The notes under the pieces: generated by a model | What the model was told of the DNA's origin: nothing | The model's database searches: none | Seen by the model: only the letters and a program-made list of their open reading frames with translations | Shown here: piece by piece, positions 38,649 through 50,585 of the stretch | Numbering within the stretch: the stretch's first letter is position 1 | How the letters are laid out: every line of letters begins with the position of its first letter | Assembly: GCA_000934665.2 (NCBI GenBank) | Contig: KZ538594.1 | Location: 1-61,131 of the forward strand | Direction of reading: 5' to 3' | From: Catajapyx aquilonaris | Lineage: Eukaryota | Length of the DNA stretch: 61,131 nt | Program-made: the position numbers and the translations under genes

Positions 38649-39848
38649 TCAACATCGTAATTACAAAACCAGACGTCTTTGTTACAACTGATTACACAAA
38701 CCAGAAGTGAAACTGAAAACAGCCCACATTCAGGCCCCCCTAACGAGACGTACCAAAGGAGGTCACGTACACTGCATTGTCTTCCAGACCCTTTAATTTT
38801 GCAGCCTAGTAATGGGCGCCAGGAGACTTGGAAGAAGAGGTTTGAAAGGCAAGAAGGTTCTAGGAAGAGTCATGATTTCTTTCTTTCTTTTTCAACTTTT
38901 TTTTTTTGAAGGTTTGGCCCTGGGATGAGAGGGTGAGAAAAATAGGTCGCCAGACCAATAGGATGTTGATTGGATAGGGCGAGGTGTTGGCTTTGTTAGG
39001 ACTGGTTCGGGTTTATGGTCGGGATGTCTCTTGGGACTTGTCCAACTGAGTTTTTTTAGGTCCGAAAAACGTGAAGGAATAAAATGGATCCAAAATGGCG
39101 GCACGAGTAACGAATTATTCACGTTTGAAACTTTTTTACTGAACATGATAATGGCTTAATTTTGAGGGTGGAATGGGCATCAGATAGTTGTTGATTTACT
39201 TCCTTTGCGTGACTTAACTTCTCTTTTTTTTCGCTTATAGTAGAAGTGGGGGAAGGAGCAGGGGAAATTTGGGGAGCAATTTTCTGGTTAGGCGATAATC
39301 GGCGGAAAAAAAGGGAGGGGAAAAGTTTGATGACAAACTCGTGATGGAATATCGACAAGATGGAAAAGTTGTAAAGAGGGTGGAAAAGTTTGGAGTAATT
39401 GTCATTTCCCAATAAGGCAAGGGTTGGAAATAAAGTGGTTGGAAATAATGTTTCAGTAGGTATAGGAAGTGTGTGGGTATAATGAGTGAAAATAATAATT
39501 TTGTGGTAAATATTCGAAAAACCATGTTTTCATTATTTTGTAATATACAAGCGTATTTATAAAGAATTTCAGAAATATTCATATCGACATAATTTGTCGA
39601 AATGAATATTTTGCTAAAATATTAGTAGGCCTATTTTGTCATATTTCATAAGAATTCCAGAAGAATACAGGATGTCAAAGTTTCAGAAATATTCAGATCG
39701 ACAACAGTTGTCGATATGATTTTTTTTCTTAAAATCAATATTTTGTTATATTATTCCTAAACATTAAGGCTGGGTCTATTCAAATATTCCCTAAAAGTAT
39801 GAATATTTTGTTATTAAGGCGGTGTAGGGGCCTTCCCCTGGATTTATA

Positions 39849-40596
39849 CAGGGTGTATCTGAACTCAGTGCCCCGACATATATGACTGCCTTTCTAGCCA
39901 CCAGAGGATCGATTTAAGTATAGGAGTCATTATGTTTGGCCGCCGCATTACGGAGATAATTGGCCGCAAATGTGTAGTACAAAATATCCTGTCGGTTAGG
40001 CCACCCATCGAACCCTCCCCCAGTCAGAAGGCTTTTTCCTTCCATACTTGTTTTTGCTTTTAGAAATCTTTAAATTTGCATAAATTTACCGAAAACTTGC
40101 ATTAAATGTACATTAAAATTCAACTGTTGTGAACTATCAGCTTTTCAAATCTTATTTGGCTCAGCTTCATTTTAAAATATAAATGTAATTTCTCTAACGT
40201 AAATTCTATTAATCGTTTGATTGGAGTTCCTTTTGTGAGGACAGTAAATGTAAATTCTTGTTCTTGATTAGCTTTTGAATAATTGTGGATGATGAGATAC
40301 ATTGGCGCGGGGCCTTTATGGTCGGGTCGCCGTAACTCTGACACAGTCAGAAGGCTCTGGAAGGTCTAGGGGCAGGACTTTGTTGGTTTGTTGCCCACAG
40401 GTGGTAAGGCCTCTTTGGCTAGTTACACCAGAAAATTCTATTTAAAAGTCAGAAGGAGCGATTAGGCAAAAATCGCTAAAGAGTGTATCTCAGTAATGAG
40501 GCTGCCCAGACATAATGACTCCTCTACATAAGTTGATTCTCTGGTGGCTAGGAAGGCAGTCATATACGTCGGGGCACTGAGTTCAGATACACCCTG
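39849..40596. mobile_element. Tc1/mariner-type non-autonomous element, 748 bp
   Basis: About 110-bp TIRs (cagggtgtatctgaactcagtgccccgac.../...gtcggggcactgagttcagatacaccctg) with TA on both sides. Confidence 0.92.
40284..40345 (+). ncRNA. C/D-box snoRNA-like unit (62 nt), possibly a retrocopy, inside the mariner element
   Basis: TGTG stem, box C ATGATGA (40289-95), box D CTGA (40338-41), CACA stem with canonical K-turn spacing; second copy at 46128-46295 has the same ends. Confidence 0.6.
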
Positions 40597-40776
40597 TATA
40601 GTGAACAAACATACCCACAAACACACCAATATCCTCAAATATGTATACGGTATGGATAATAATAATCTATACTGTACATAGCAGAACTCTTCGTTGACAA
40701 CTGACAAACCCTAAACACGTTACCATGGAATTCACATTCTGATTCTGTGTTCCAAAATATTCAGAAAGGTTTCAAA

Positions 40777-41209
40777 ATGACATCACCTTCTGACATCCCA
40801 GTACCTTCCCTTCCTGAAGAGACAGCTGTAGAGACTGAGCAAAAAGTAAGTTAACTAAATCCTGTGTATTTAAGCTGTAAAGTGCACATAACACTTTAAA
40901 AATTCACATAAGACAATAATGCTCTCTTATTGAACACATTTTAAAAAGCATTTTTGAATGCCTTCTCCAATATTATTACAGCCCAATGAAAGATCACTCT
41001 CACCTACTGTGCCTGGGAAAACATCAACTGCAGCTCCAAAGCCAATGACTACTGATGAACTCCGGGAGGCTGACGAGGTGTGAACAGCTGAATTTTGCTT
41101 TTCTCACTAATATTTAATTCTCTTATTGCAGATCATTACGAGGATACTCTTGAAATCTCAAGTGATACTTTACAAATTCGATTCAATCGAATACAAAAAA
41201 GAGAAGTAG
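40777..41209 (+). CDS. Putative three-exon small ORF, about 80 aa, Ser/Thr/Pro/Glu-rich, unknown product (exons 40777-40845, 40982-41077, 41132-41209)
   Basis: aaaATG start; AAA|gtaagt...ttattacag|; GAG|gtgtga...cactaat...ttattgcag|; phase-0 joins keep the frame open to TAG; the first two exons look GC-richer than the introns; no homology recognised. Confidence 0.35.
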
Positions 41210-42584
41210 GAACTGTCATAAGATGAGGGAAACCAGGAGCCTTCCCCGGGTTTCCCCATGATATGGGGAGCCCATGAGCCTTCCCAGGAATACCCCTAAT
41301 GATGTAACCTTTCCCATACTTAGTTAAATAACAATAAAAGTAAATTCTTCTGGCATTCTTACTTATTAACAATATTAATTTGTAGCAAAAATTTGAATAG
41401 ACCTAGCCTGATTGTTTAGGAATAATAATGAAATAATAGCTATCAAATATCCTCGAAAATATCAAACTTGTATCGATACAATTTTCTGTATTTAGCCCCC
41501 TAATGGCTGCTCATCAACAATCAGTGAGTCGCATAGTATTGATCTGAAATATTTTCCACTTCTCTGTCACCCCCCCCCCCCCCCCAAACTTTTAGTGTCC
41601 CAAACCGTATGGGAAGAAACTATCATTTTGGACGATAAACCCGGTTTTTATTCTGCAACCGGCATTGCTGAGCAAATTGGGTCCTGGTGCTAAAATCCGT
41701 CAGTGCGAAAGAAATGAGTGGCATTTTGCTGGCCCTGTAAAACACGACGGTCCTTTTTAATCACTTGAGTAATGTCCCTTCATCCCACTTCGGAGACAAG
41801 AATATAGCGTTAACGATGCCTCATCATTTTTTGGTGGATCTTCCACTAAAGAGGAGGGGACTATAAAACCCAGGATGGGCCTGAATTTTGCAGGAGAACG
41901 CTGGTTGGTTGGAAGCATCGGAAATGTCGAGGAAAAGCTTCAGGGACGCCGTCGAACGAGGGCGCTGCAGGGTGGCCATTTTTAGTCCAAATAAAGTGTT
42001 CCAAACATATGTAGGAAAATATTTTGAACTACTGGGGTAAAATTAGTGCAAACTAACATGACTGTGTGTGTAAAGTAAGCAGACACCTGGAGAGAAAATC
42101 CATATGTAGCACACACCTTAGCCAACATATGCAGGATTTAACATGTCCTTGTCCAGTTTGCATGCGAAAAGGTCTATTTTTGCATAGTACCCCCTGAGAT
42201 TTAATATGATCTACGACGTGTTTGCACCAAGTGTTGCCAGGTTATTCTTTTTTTGATGTTGCCTTTTGAGGGGGGGTTGCTGGAGCGAGAGAGTCCGAAG
42301 CCTATAATTCCCATGGTCAAGAATGGACACGACTAATGGGCACTTAGCCGTGAAGTCAGTTAGCGTGTGGGGAGGCAGTGAATTCAGGGGAAAATAGCAC
42401 TATTGGTCAGTGGATAAAGGCAAAAAGCTAGTGGGTGGAAAGTCCATGATTGGTCCCCTCTCGTAAATCATGGAAGCGGCAACTAAGGCCATGAGCCACG
42501 TGGCAAGAATATCGCGCCATTTTGGAGAGATTCTAGCTGATGATGGGTCTAATTAAAGCCAATGAGTTCGCCTAAATATATTTA

Positions 42585-43005
42585 TCCACCTAGTCAATTG
42601 TTTTATTCATCTACAGAATAAGTGTATGCATCGAGTGAATATTTTCATTCACCTACTGAATATGTTTATCCATCTAGTGAATAGGTGGTGTATCCATCTA
42701 GTGAATAGGTGGTGTATCCATCTAGTGAATAGGTGGTGTATCCATCTAGTGAATAGGTGGTGTATCCATCTAGTGAATAGGTGGTGTATCCATCTAGTGA
42801 ATAGGTGGTGTATCCATCTAGTGAATAGGTGGTGTATCCATCTAGTGAATAGGTGGTGTATCCATCTAGTGAATAGGTGGTGTATCCATCTAGTGAATAC
42901 GTTTATCCATCTAGTAAATATGTTTATCCATCTAGTGAATATGTTTATCCATCTAGTGAATTGGTGTATCCATCTAGTGAATATGTTTATGCATCGGGTG
43001 AATAT
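42585..43005. repeat. 24-bp minisatellite (tatccatctagtgaataggtggtg), about 10 perfect copies plus degenerate flanks
   Basis: Directly visible; explains the IHLVNRWC ORF. Confidence 0.95.
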
Positions 43006-43649
43006 TTTATGATCTTAGAGTTTCAAGTGTAGTTCTGCTGACTCTTTCTAGTGAGAATCCCAGAACATTGCTCGCCTGAAGCTAGGGTTTGACCTGCTCA
43101 TCATGCAACTCCATGTTTCACCAAAGAACTTTCCCAAAAAATCGCCGAAAAAACGCGTCAGCAAAACAGGAGCAATCGGAATCTAATTTACGGCACTAGG
43201 ACCAAATGAGGCTAAACCAATTGAATGGAATTAGAAGCGAAGTAAAGCCTATTAGTATTGACCGCCAACTGTGGTTGGTTGGGCGGGGAAGAGAAAGGTT
43301 GATTACACTTCCCAGTCACAGGAGAGAAAAGCCCCCTTCCTTTTATTGGTTTTTCAGCGGAAAAGTATAGCTGCCAGGCCTTTTCCCCACGTGACCTCCA
43401 GGCCTGGATTAAGACCTTAAGTCTCTAACCGATTGCTGGCTTGATCCTCCCTTATTTGAGTTCCTGGCGAAACATCACCGTCGGCTAATCCAGGCTCGAA
43501 CTTTGCTCCCAGCTAACTGGCAACACTGTAATTCATTATTGGGGTCGTTTAAGTCTGTTGAGACCAAATTGGTGCTTTGTATTGTTGGAAATTGGGGCAG
43601 ATGTCACTTGGTCGTTATATCGTTCGAGTAAAGACCGGTTGCACCAACA

Positions 43650-43995
43650 ACAGAAAACATTTGACGGCTGGAAAAGAGGTGGAAAAGTTTGTCAGAAATG
43701 TATAACAAACTTTTCTGACTGGAAAAGAGCTGGAAAATTTTGTTATTAATTTTTGAGCAACTTTTCGGCCCCTTTTCCTAGCGGAAAATTTCCTGAATGG
43801 GGCGACACCAGACATAAGTTGGATGTTGTGTATGGGGCTGCTTAGATACGGTTGGCAGAAAACATTTTTCGGCTGGAAAAGAGCTGGGAAAGTTTCTCAG
43901 AAACGAATAACAAACTTTTCCAGTATTTTCCAGTCAGAAAAGTTTGTCATTAATTTTTGACAAACTTTTCGGCCCTTTTTACTACCGGAAATTAT
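43650..43995. repeat. Two diverged direct copies of a ~140-bp unit with internal inverted aaagtttgt/acaaacttt motifs
   Basis: 43650-43792 vs 43856-43995. Confidence 0.75.
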
Positions 43996-44004
43996 CTCCT
44001 GAAG

Positions 44005-45125
44005 GTCGTTTCCCCTTTCCCTTCCTATTTATGCTGTCCCTCGCTCCAGGGGTCAAGTTGGGGTAGATAGGGCTGGAAGAAGGACGCGGGGTCATGACCG
44101 AATGTGGAGAAATGGAAAGGTGAAACATGAGAGGACAGGATGGGACTACTTAGGTCAACTTAGTCGTTGTTTGGACCGATACGTTCACCATGTTGCCTGC
44201 ACTGTTTCCACTTTTCCTCCTAGAGTGAGCCGCTAGCGTATCCGGTATGTCCACCATACAATACTATTCATATGGGCCATATGGACACGTCCTCCGTACA
44301 AAAGCAGCCCCGGTGCGTAATTGGGTCATAAATAACCCCCAAACTTTTGTGACCCGCGCCATATTTTCCGGGAGCCTCGGAGGTCAGCTGGTATTGTTGT
44401 TCCGGTAATGATGATGTTGGTGTTTGGTAGGCGACCGGAACCTATTGTGGCGGGTCCGGAAGAGTAGGGAGGGGTAGGAAGCGTTTATATCTGCGATTGG
44501 ACAGGAAGTTATGGGATGGTGTGTTGGGGTGGCTGCCATGAGGGGAGGTTAAACTCGCAAATTGATTCATGCAGTTGGAGCCCCGGTAATTTGTCCGTTT
44601 TTCGGATGGACATGGTTGGGATTCGCGGCTGGAACAAAACGGGGACAATCGACCGCCGATCGGGGAGTTAAGTGGCCGAGAGGGGACGCTGATTGGCCTC
44701 GACGTCTGGTGGTAAGTGCCCGCCATGTTGGTGGGTCAGATTTGTGGGGGAAATGACCTTGATTTGGTAAGAGCCTAGACGATTGACCAGTTGGAGGTAA
44801 GATGGACTTTGATTGGTCAAGTTCACCACCTTCCTCTAATTAGTCCCATCATGTCTTGCTCATGTTTCCCCATTCCCCTCCGATTTATTCTGTCCCTCGC
44901 TCCAGGGGTCAGGTTGGGGGTAGATATGGATGGAAGGACGCGGGGTCATGGCCAAATGTACCCTACTTCATCACCTTCCTTCCTCTCCAATCTTCTCCTC
45001 ATGTTTCCCATTTCCCCTCCTATTTATGCAGTCCCTCGCTCCAGGGGTCAAGTTGGGATGGTTGGAAGCAGGACGCGGGGTCATGGCCGTATGTAGAGGT
45101 GGGGAAATGGGAAACATGAGAAAAG
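44005..45125 (+). repeat. Three copies of a ~120-bp MITE-like unit (about 44005-44147, 44843-44960, 44998-45120)
   Basis: Shared core gtccctcgctccaggggtca(a/g)gttggg...ggacgcggggtcatg; copy 3 is bounded by the 20-bp inverted repeat ctcatgtttcccatttcccc/ggggaaatgggaaacatgag. Confidence 0.75.
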
Positions 45126-46127
45126 GTCAGTGTTTGGCGGTTGATGGGACAATACAGACAATCCTGATTGGTCAGTTTCTGGCGCCAAATTTGAATCAAC
45201 CAACAAAATATGGCTAATGATTGAACCTGATATTCCCATGGCAAAGTTTAGCCTCATCGCAGATCCTATAGTGGACATCTTTCCCATCTGTTATCATCTC
45301 CGTCCCACATCCTCCTTCCCCCTCATTCCCCCTCCAGCTCTCCACCAATGAGGAAGAGCTCCCAGAGGCATTATCCGCGGAACTTACGGGACGTGTAGCG
45401 GACTAATTAACGGCCATCAATTCTGGTTTGTGCGCGACTCATTGGGACGTAAATCGGTCTCTATTGGCACTCGGAGGTGGGGAGAGGAGGAGGAGGAAGA
45501 GGGTGGGAGGCTGGGAATCAATCGATTGGGAGTAAAAATGGGGGCATAGGCGCCATTTTTAAAGAGTGATGTCACAACAGGGAGGTCGTAATCTTGATGT
45601 CAAATGTTGTTAAACTGATAGTTACTTCAAGAGTTAGCAAGAACTAATATTAGCATTAAAAGGTCTGTATCAAAGATGGAGTTGCCAGTGCAATGGTTAA
45701 CAAAGATGATTCCATTCCATCTAAATCATAACAGCTATCAAATAGTAGCTGCTGAGGAATATAGAGTTAATACTAATACTATAATACTAATTTTCATCTC
45801 TATTATTTTTTGTACGCAGTGTACAGTATTTTACTTTATTAATTTGGAGCTCTCTGCTTTTAATAAGTGCCGGTATATAAAATTAATTATAAATTAACTA
45901 ATCAAGAGTTATTAATAGTTTAAAACATGACATTACAGGATTAAAACAGCTATTTAATATAAAAAATATGGCGTGAAATGGATATAATAAAAACTTGCAC
46001 ATTCAATATTAATTATGAATTAACCGAAGCAGGTTGGTGTGGTGGTTAAGGATCAGCTAGACTACTAATCGGGAGGTCCTAGGTTCGACCCCCAGGCCTC
46101 AGGGCCGGCGATCCTGACCGTGGTTTC

Positions 46128-46295
46128 TGTGGATGATGAGATACATTGGCGCGGGGCCTTTATTGTCAGCCCCCCCCCCCCNNNNNNNNNNNNNNNNNNN
46201 TTTTTTTGGGGGGGGGGGGGAGCGCGGCGACAAATCACCCCCCCCCCCAACAACGACGTCTAGATCCGCCACTGGATCGCCGTTACTCTGACACA
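46128..46295 (+). pseudogene. Second copy of the C/D snoRNA-like unit, split by a G/C-rich insertion
   Basis: tgtggatgatgagatacattggcgcggggccttta...tcgccgttactctgacaca matches 40284-40345. Confidence 0.6.
46167..46274. mobile_element. Short G/C-run-rich DNA-transposon-like insertion ending ctagatccgccactg; spans an N gap
   Basis: Absent from the 40284 copy; the terminus (reverse complement CAGTGGCGGATCTAG) resembles small hAT-like element ends; left end unresolved because of Ns at 46182-46200. Confidence 0.5.
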
Positions 46296-46564
46296 GGTCC
46301 CCCAGGATAATTCCGGGATCGCTTTCTCATAATATGCCACAGCCGCTTCCTCATAATAGGCCACAGCCGCTTCCTTCCTTTCCTATTCTTGCCCCATCCC
46401 ATGGTGGTATTCCACCCCCCTAATGGACCGCCGATTCTCCCAATTGGGTGTAAATAAATAAATAAAATAAATAAATAAAATATTAATAATGAATTGTCCA
46501 ATAAATATTGTTCAATAAATTTGACAATTATTAACTAAATTGTATTCTGACGCATTAAAACTCA

Positions 46565-46960
46565 TATTGTCTAACTAATACGTAGATAAAAATAAATATA
46601 GTCTGACTAATACGTAGATAAAAATAAATATAGTCTGACTAATACGTAGATAAAATATAGTCTAATATAAATATATATAGTCTAATATAAATATATATAG
46701 TCTGACTAATACGTAGATAAAATATAGTCTAATATAAATATATATAGTCTAATATAAATATATATAGTCTAATATAAATATATATAGTCTAATAGAAAAA
46801 TAGCCATAGTCTAATAGAAAAATAGCCATAGTCTAATAGAAAATAAATAAATATTGTCTAATAGAAAATAAATAAATGTAGTCTGATAGAAAATAAATAA
46901 ATATAGTCTAATAGAAAATAAATAAATGTAGTGTAATAGAAAATAAATAAATATAGCTAA
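46565..46960. repeat. AT-rich ATAGTCTAATA-based minisatellites (20-30 bp units)
   Basis: Directly visible. Confidence 0.9.
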
Positions 46961-47913
46961 TAAAATGGATACTAATTAATTAAATGATAACTTATATACC
47001 TAAAAGGTCATTAAACTGCAGAATCAACTTCTCATAACCTCATATTTCTTGCTAACATTATTCCAAATAGAGACGTATTGTCAAACCACAGCCCTACAGT
47101 AAAACCGCTTCTTTTGATAGAGAAGAAACGAGCCTTAAAATTTTCTTTTATAACTAAAGAGCCCCCATAGAGCAAGAACAGGCTGTAATTTGCATGCAGA
47201 CACGAGGCTCCGTACACGTGAAAAGGCGCGGTTTTACTGCCGTTAACCACGGATTAACTACATCCTATACAACCCACCCTCACCAGACATGGGGAAGAGT
47301 CGTGCTGGCAGGAGGAGCTCTGATTTTCGCGTGGATAACTGTGATTAGCTAGCTTCAGACTTGGATTAGCAAAAACTCTATTTTCTGGGACAAATGGGGG
47401 GTTCTAGAAAAATACACACCTGAGCATGCGGTTTTTTACAACTAACTTCTAATTCTATGGGAAGGGAATAATGGGGGTTCCAGCCAAGCACCTTTATCCT
47501 GATTATGCTATTGATTCTTAGTTGGTGGATTTATGACTAGGGTTGGCGAAACACCATTTTGGATTTATTTTACAGGTTTTAAGAAAGGCTGGCGGGAAAA
47601 CCCCAGCTTGGAACGTGTTTTTTTGTGATGGATTAAGTTACGCTCTGTTGATACAGTTTCCTTAAGAGCCGATATTATGAAATGAATTGTTTGCAAAATT
47701 GACGTATTCTTCACAATGAGTTTACACAAAAAGATGTTCCAGCAAGGGGATGTTCTGCAGGTTTTTGTTCAAGATGATGTCATCCTGATACGGTGACAGT
47801 TCCCTTTCAATATTTTTCCCATACGCGGCCTTTTCTCGACAAGAAGATATTATCTTCCTCAAGGATAAGATTCTAGTTTATGAGATGGTCCCATACGATG
47901 GTTCTTTCCACAA

Positions 47914-48977
47914 GGATATTCTCCCTATATGATGATCTCTCCACGAGGATATTCTCCCCATATGATGCACTCTCCACGAGGATATTCTCCCCATAGGATG
48001 CACTCTCCACGAGGATATTCTCCCCATAGGATGCACTCTCCACGAGAATATTCTCCCCATAGGATGCACTCTCCACGAGGATATTCTCCCCGTAGGATGC
48101 ACTCTCCACGAGGATATTCTCCCCATAGGATGCACTCTCCACGAGAATATTCTCCCCATAGGATGCACTCTCCACGAGGATATTCTCCCCATAGGATGCA
48201 CTCTCCACGAGAATATTCTCCCCATAGGATGCACTCTCCACGAGAATATTCTCCCCATAGGATGCACTCTCCACGAGGATATTCTCCCCATAGGATGCAC
48301 TCTCCACGAGAATATTCTCCCCATAGGATGCACTCTCCACGAGAATATTCTCCCCATAGGATGCACTCTCCACGAGGATATTCTCCCCATAGGATGCACT
48401 CTCCACGAGAATATTCTCCCCATAGGATGCACTCTCCACGAGAATATTCTCCCCATAGGATGCACTCTCCACGAGGATATTCTCCCCATAGGATGCACTC
48501 TCCACGAGAATATTCTCCCCATAGGATGCACTCTCCACGAGAATATTCTCCCCATAGGATGCACTCTCCACGAGGATATTCTCCCCATAGGATGCACTCT
48601 CCACGAGAATATTCTCCCCATAGGATGCACTCTCCACGAGAATATTCTCCCCATAGGATGCACTCTCCACGAGGATATTCTCCCCATAGGATGCACTCTC
48701 CACGAGAATATTCTCCCCATAGGATGCACTCTCCACGAGAATATTCTCCCCATAGGATGCACTCTCCACGAGGATATTCTCCCCATAGGATGCACTCTCC
48801 ACGAGAATATTCTCCCCATAGGATGCACTCTCCACGAGAATATTCTCCCCATAGGATGCACTCTCCACGAGGATATTCTCCCCATAGGATGCACTCTCCA
48901 CGAGAATATTCTCCCCATAGGATGCACTCTCCACGAGGATATTCTCCCCATAGGATGCACTCTCCACTAGGATATTC
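47914..48977. repeat. Homogeneous 33-bp minisatellite, about 32 copies, with a 99-bp higher-order pattern
   Basis: Unit atattctccccataggatgcactctccacgag(g/a); open in several frames on both strands. Confidence 0.97.
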
Positions 48978-50039
48978 TTTACTCATAGAATAGATATGAA
49001 TATTTTGTGCATAATATTTTCCAAAGAGGGCTGTTATCCCGATCGATTATTCACACAGGATGTTCTTCCTACAGGACGATATTACTCTCTAAAAATAATC
49101 CATCCCACGAGTGGATTCCCCACGATAATCCTCAGGTACAATTAACCCACATTGCGCCTATTTGCCCTCCTTTCACTGCCATTATTTACGAGCTAACACG
49201 CCCCGTAATCAGAGCATTACACACCTGACTCCACCCTAATCCTTCACTATTTTTTTTAATCTCCCTATTTTTGCATCCTATTTTTTTTTTCATAGCTCCA
49301 CATACTAGAAAACACAGTAACTCTTCTGCTCAATAACTACTTATAATGAACCCCCACATAGCTGGGTTTAATAACCCGTTCTGTTCAAGTACTTTTTTTT
49401 CGGATAGTCGTACTCCAAAAAAATAGTCTCCTCCCGATGACCTATTTGCCCATAGACATAAATTCTAGTATAAAGCTCCCTCCATCACATAAATCTCGTT
49501 TTTCCATGTGTATCATTGCAGTAATGCAAGACTTGTTCGCACTAAAGCTCTCTTTTCACTTTAATGTTGATTGATTTATAGCCTTGTGTATGTAGCCGCT
49601 ATAGTCGCGTTTACAAAAAAAAAGCTGAGAGCATGTACACGCATGACGTCACAGTTTTTTTTAGTATCAGTAATTTTTTGGAGAGCTCCCTTTAGGCCTA
49701 TGTTTCCAGACGGCTGACCATTTTAGGAGTTAGTATGGAAAAAAAAAATCTGCACAAAAATTTAGCGAGCTCTCAGAGGGTTTTGCTGAAAAGCAGAGAG
49801 AGATTGCTAGGATTTTTAGAGTGCAGAATTTTTTTTTGCGAGGATTTTTCTAAGGTAGGTAATTAATTAGAGGAGTGTATATGTAGGTATGTTACAAGAC
49901 TTGTGCTAACACTATTAGAGAGAGTGGAGTTCATAGATTTTTTATATTTTTTTTTTGCAAATAGTTTTGTAAGGCAACAAGCATGATCTGGATGTAAGCA
50001 CTGAGTGCCTTGAGAGTGTTCGTATACAGGAGAAAGTTA

Positions 50040-50585
50040 GAAAAATTTGTAGGTCAAAATATTTTTTTTGAAATTCTATTCGAATTCAGTATGTTTGAAG
50101 TTCTGGCTCAATTAACATATTTTTTAAAAAAAGTTCGGTGATCGAAATAATTCATGTTGAAATTTTGTGGTCAAACTATTTTTTTTGAAATGTTTCGCTC
50201 AAATAATTTTTCTCGAAATTCTATAGTCAAAGCTTTATCTCTCTTTTTTGAAATGTTTAGGTCAAAATAATGCACTTTGATATTATGTTGTCAAAATCAT
50301 TTATTCCGTTTGAAGTTCTGTGGTCAAAGTATTTTTTTTGAAATGTTTGGTCAAATATTTATTTTGCAATTTTAGGTCATTTTTGTGCAATTTTAGATCA
50401 AATTACGTAGTCAAAATTATTCAGTGTCAAAATATTGTGTTAGAAATAATTCTCTTTGAAATTCTATGGTCAAAATATTTTTGAAATGTTTCGGTCAATT
50501 TTTTTGTGAAGTTTCAGGTAAAAATACATATTTGTATGAATTAATATGTTAAAATTTTTAGTCAAAATTAAATTTGAAATATTTC
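50040..50585. repeat. Degenerate GGTCAAA...TTGAAAT repeat
   Basis: Motif pair recurs about every 30 bp. Confidence 0.75.

Larger units (their letters stand above)
46023..46480 (+). mobile_element. tRNA-derived SINE, second copy, carrying nested insertions
   Basis: Head accgaagcaggttggtgt, GGTTCGACCC B box, ggccacagccgcttccttcc body and taaa tail match the 15771-16053 copy. Confidence 0.9.

Noticed and set aside
47873..48993. Four ORFs of 353-364 aa
   Set aside because: They are translations of a 33-bp tandem repeat, open on both strands, with almost no unique coding flank.
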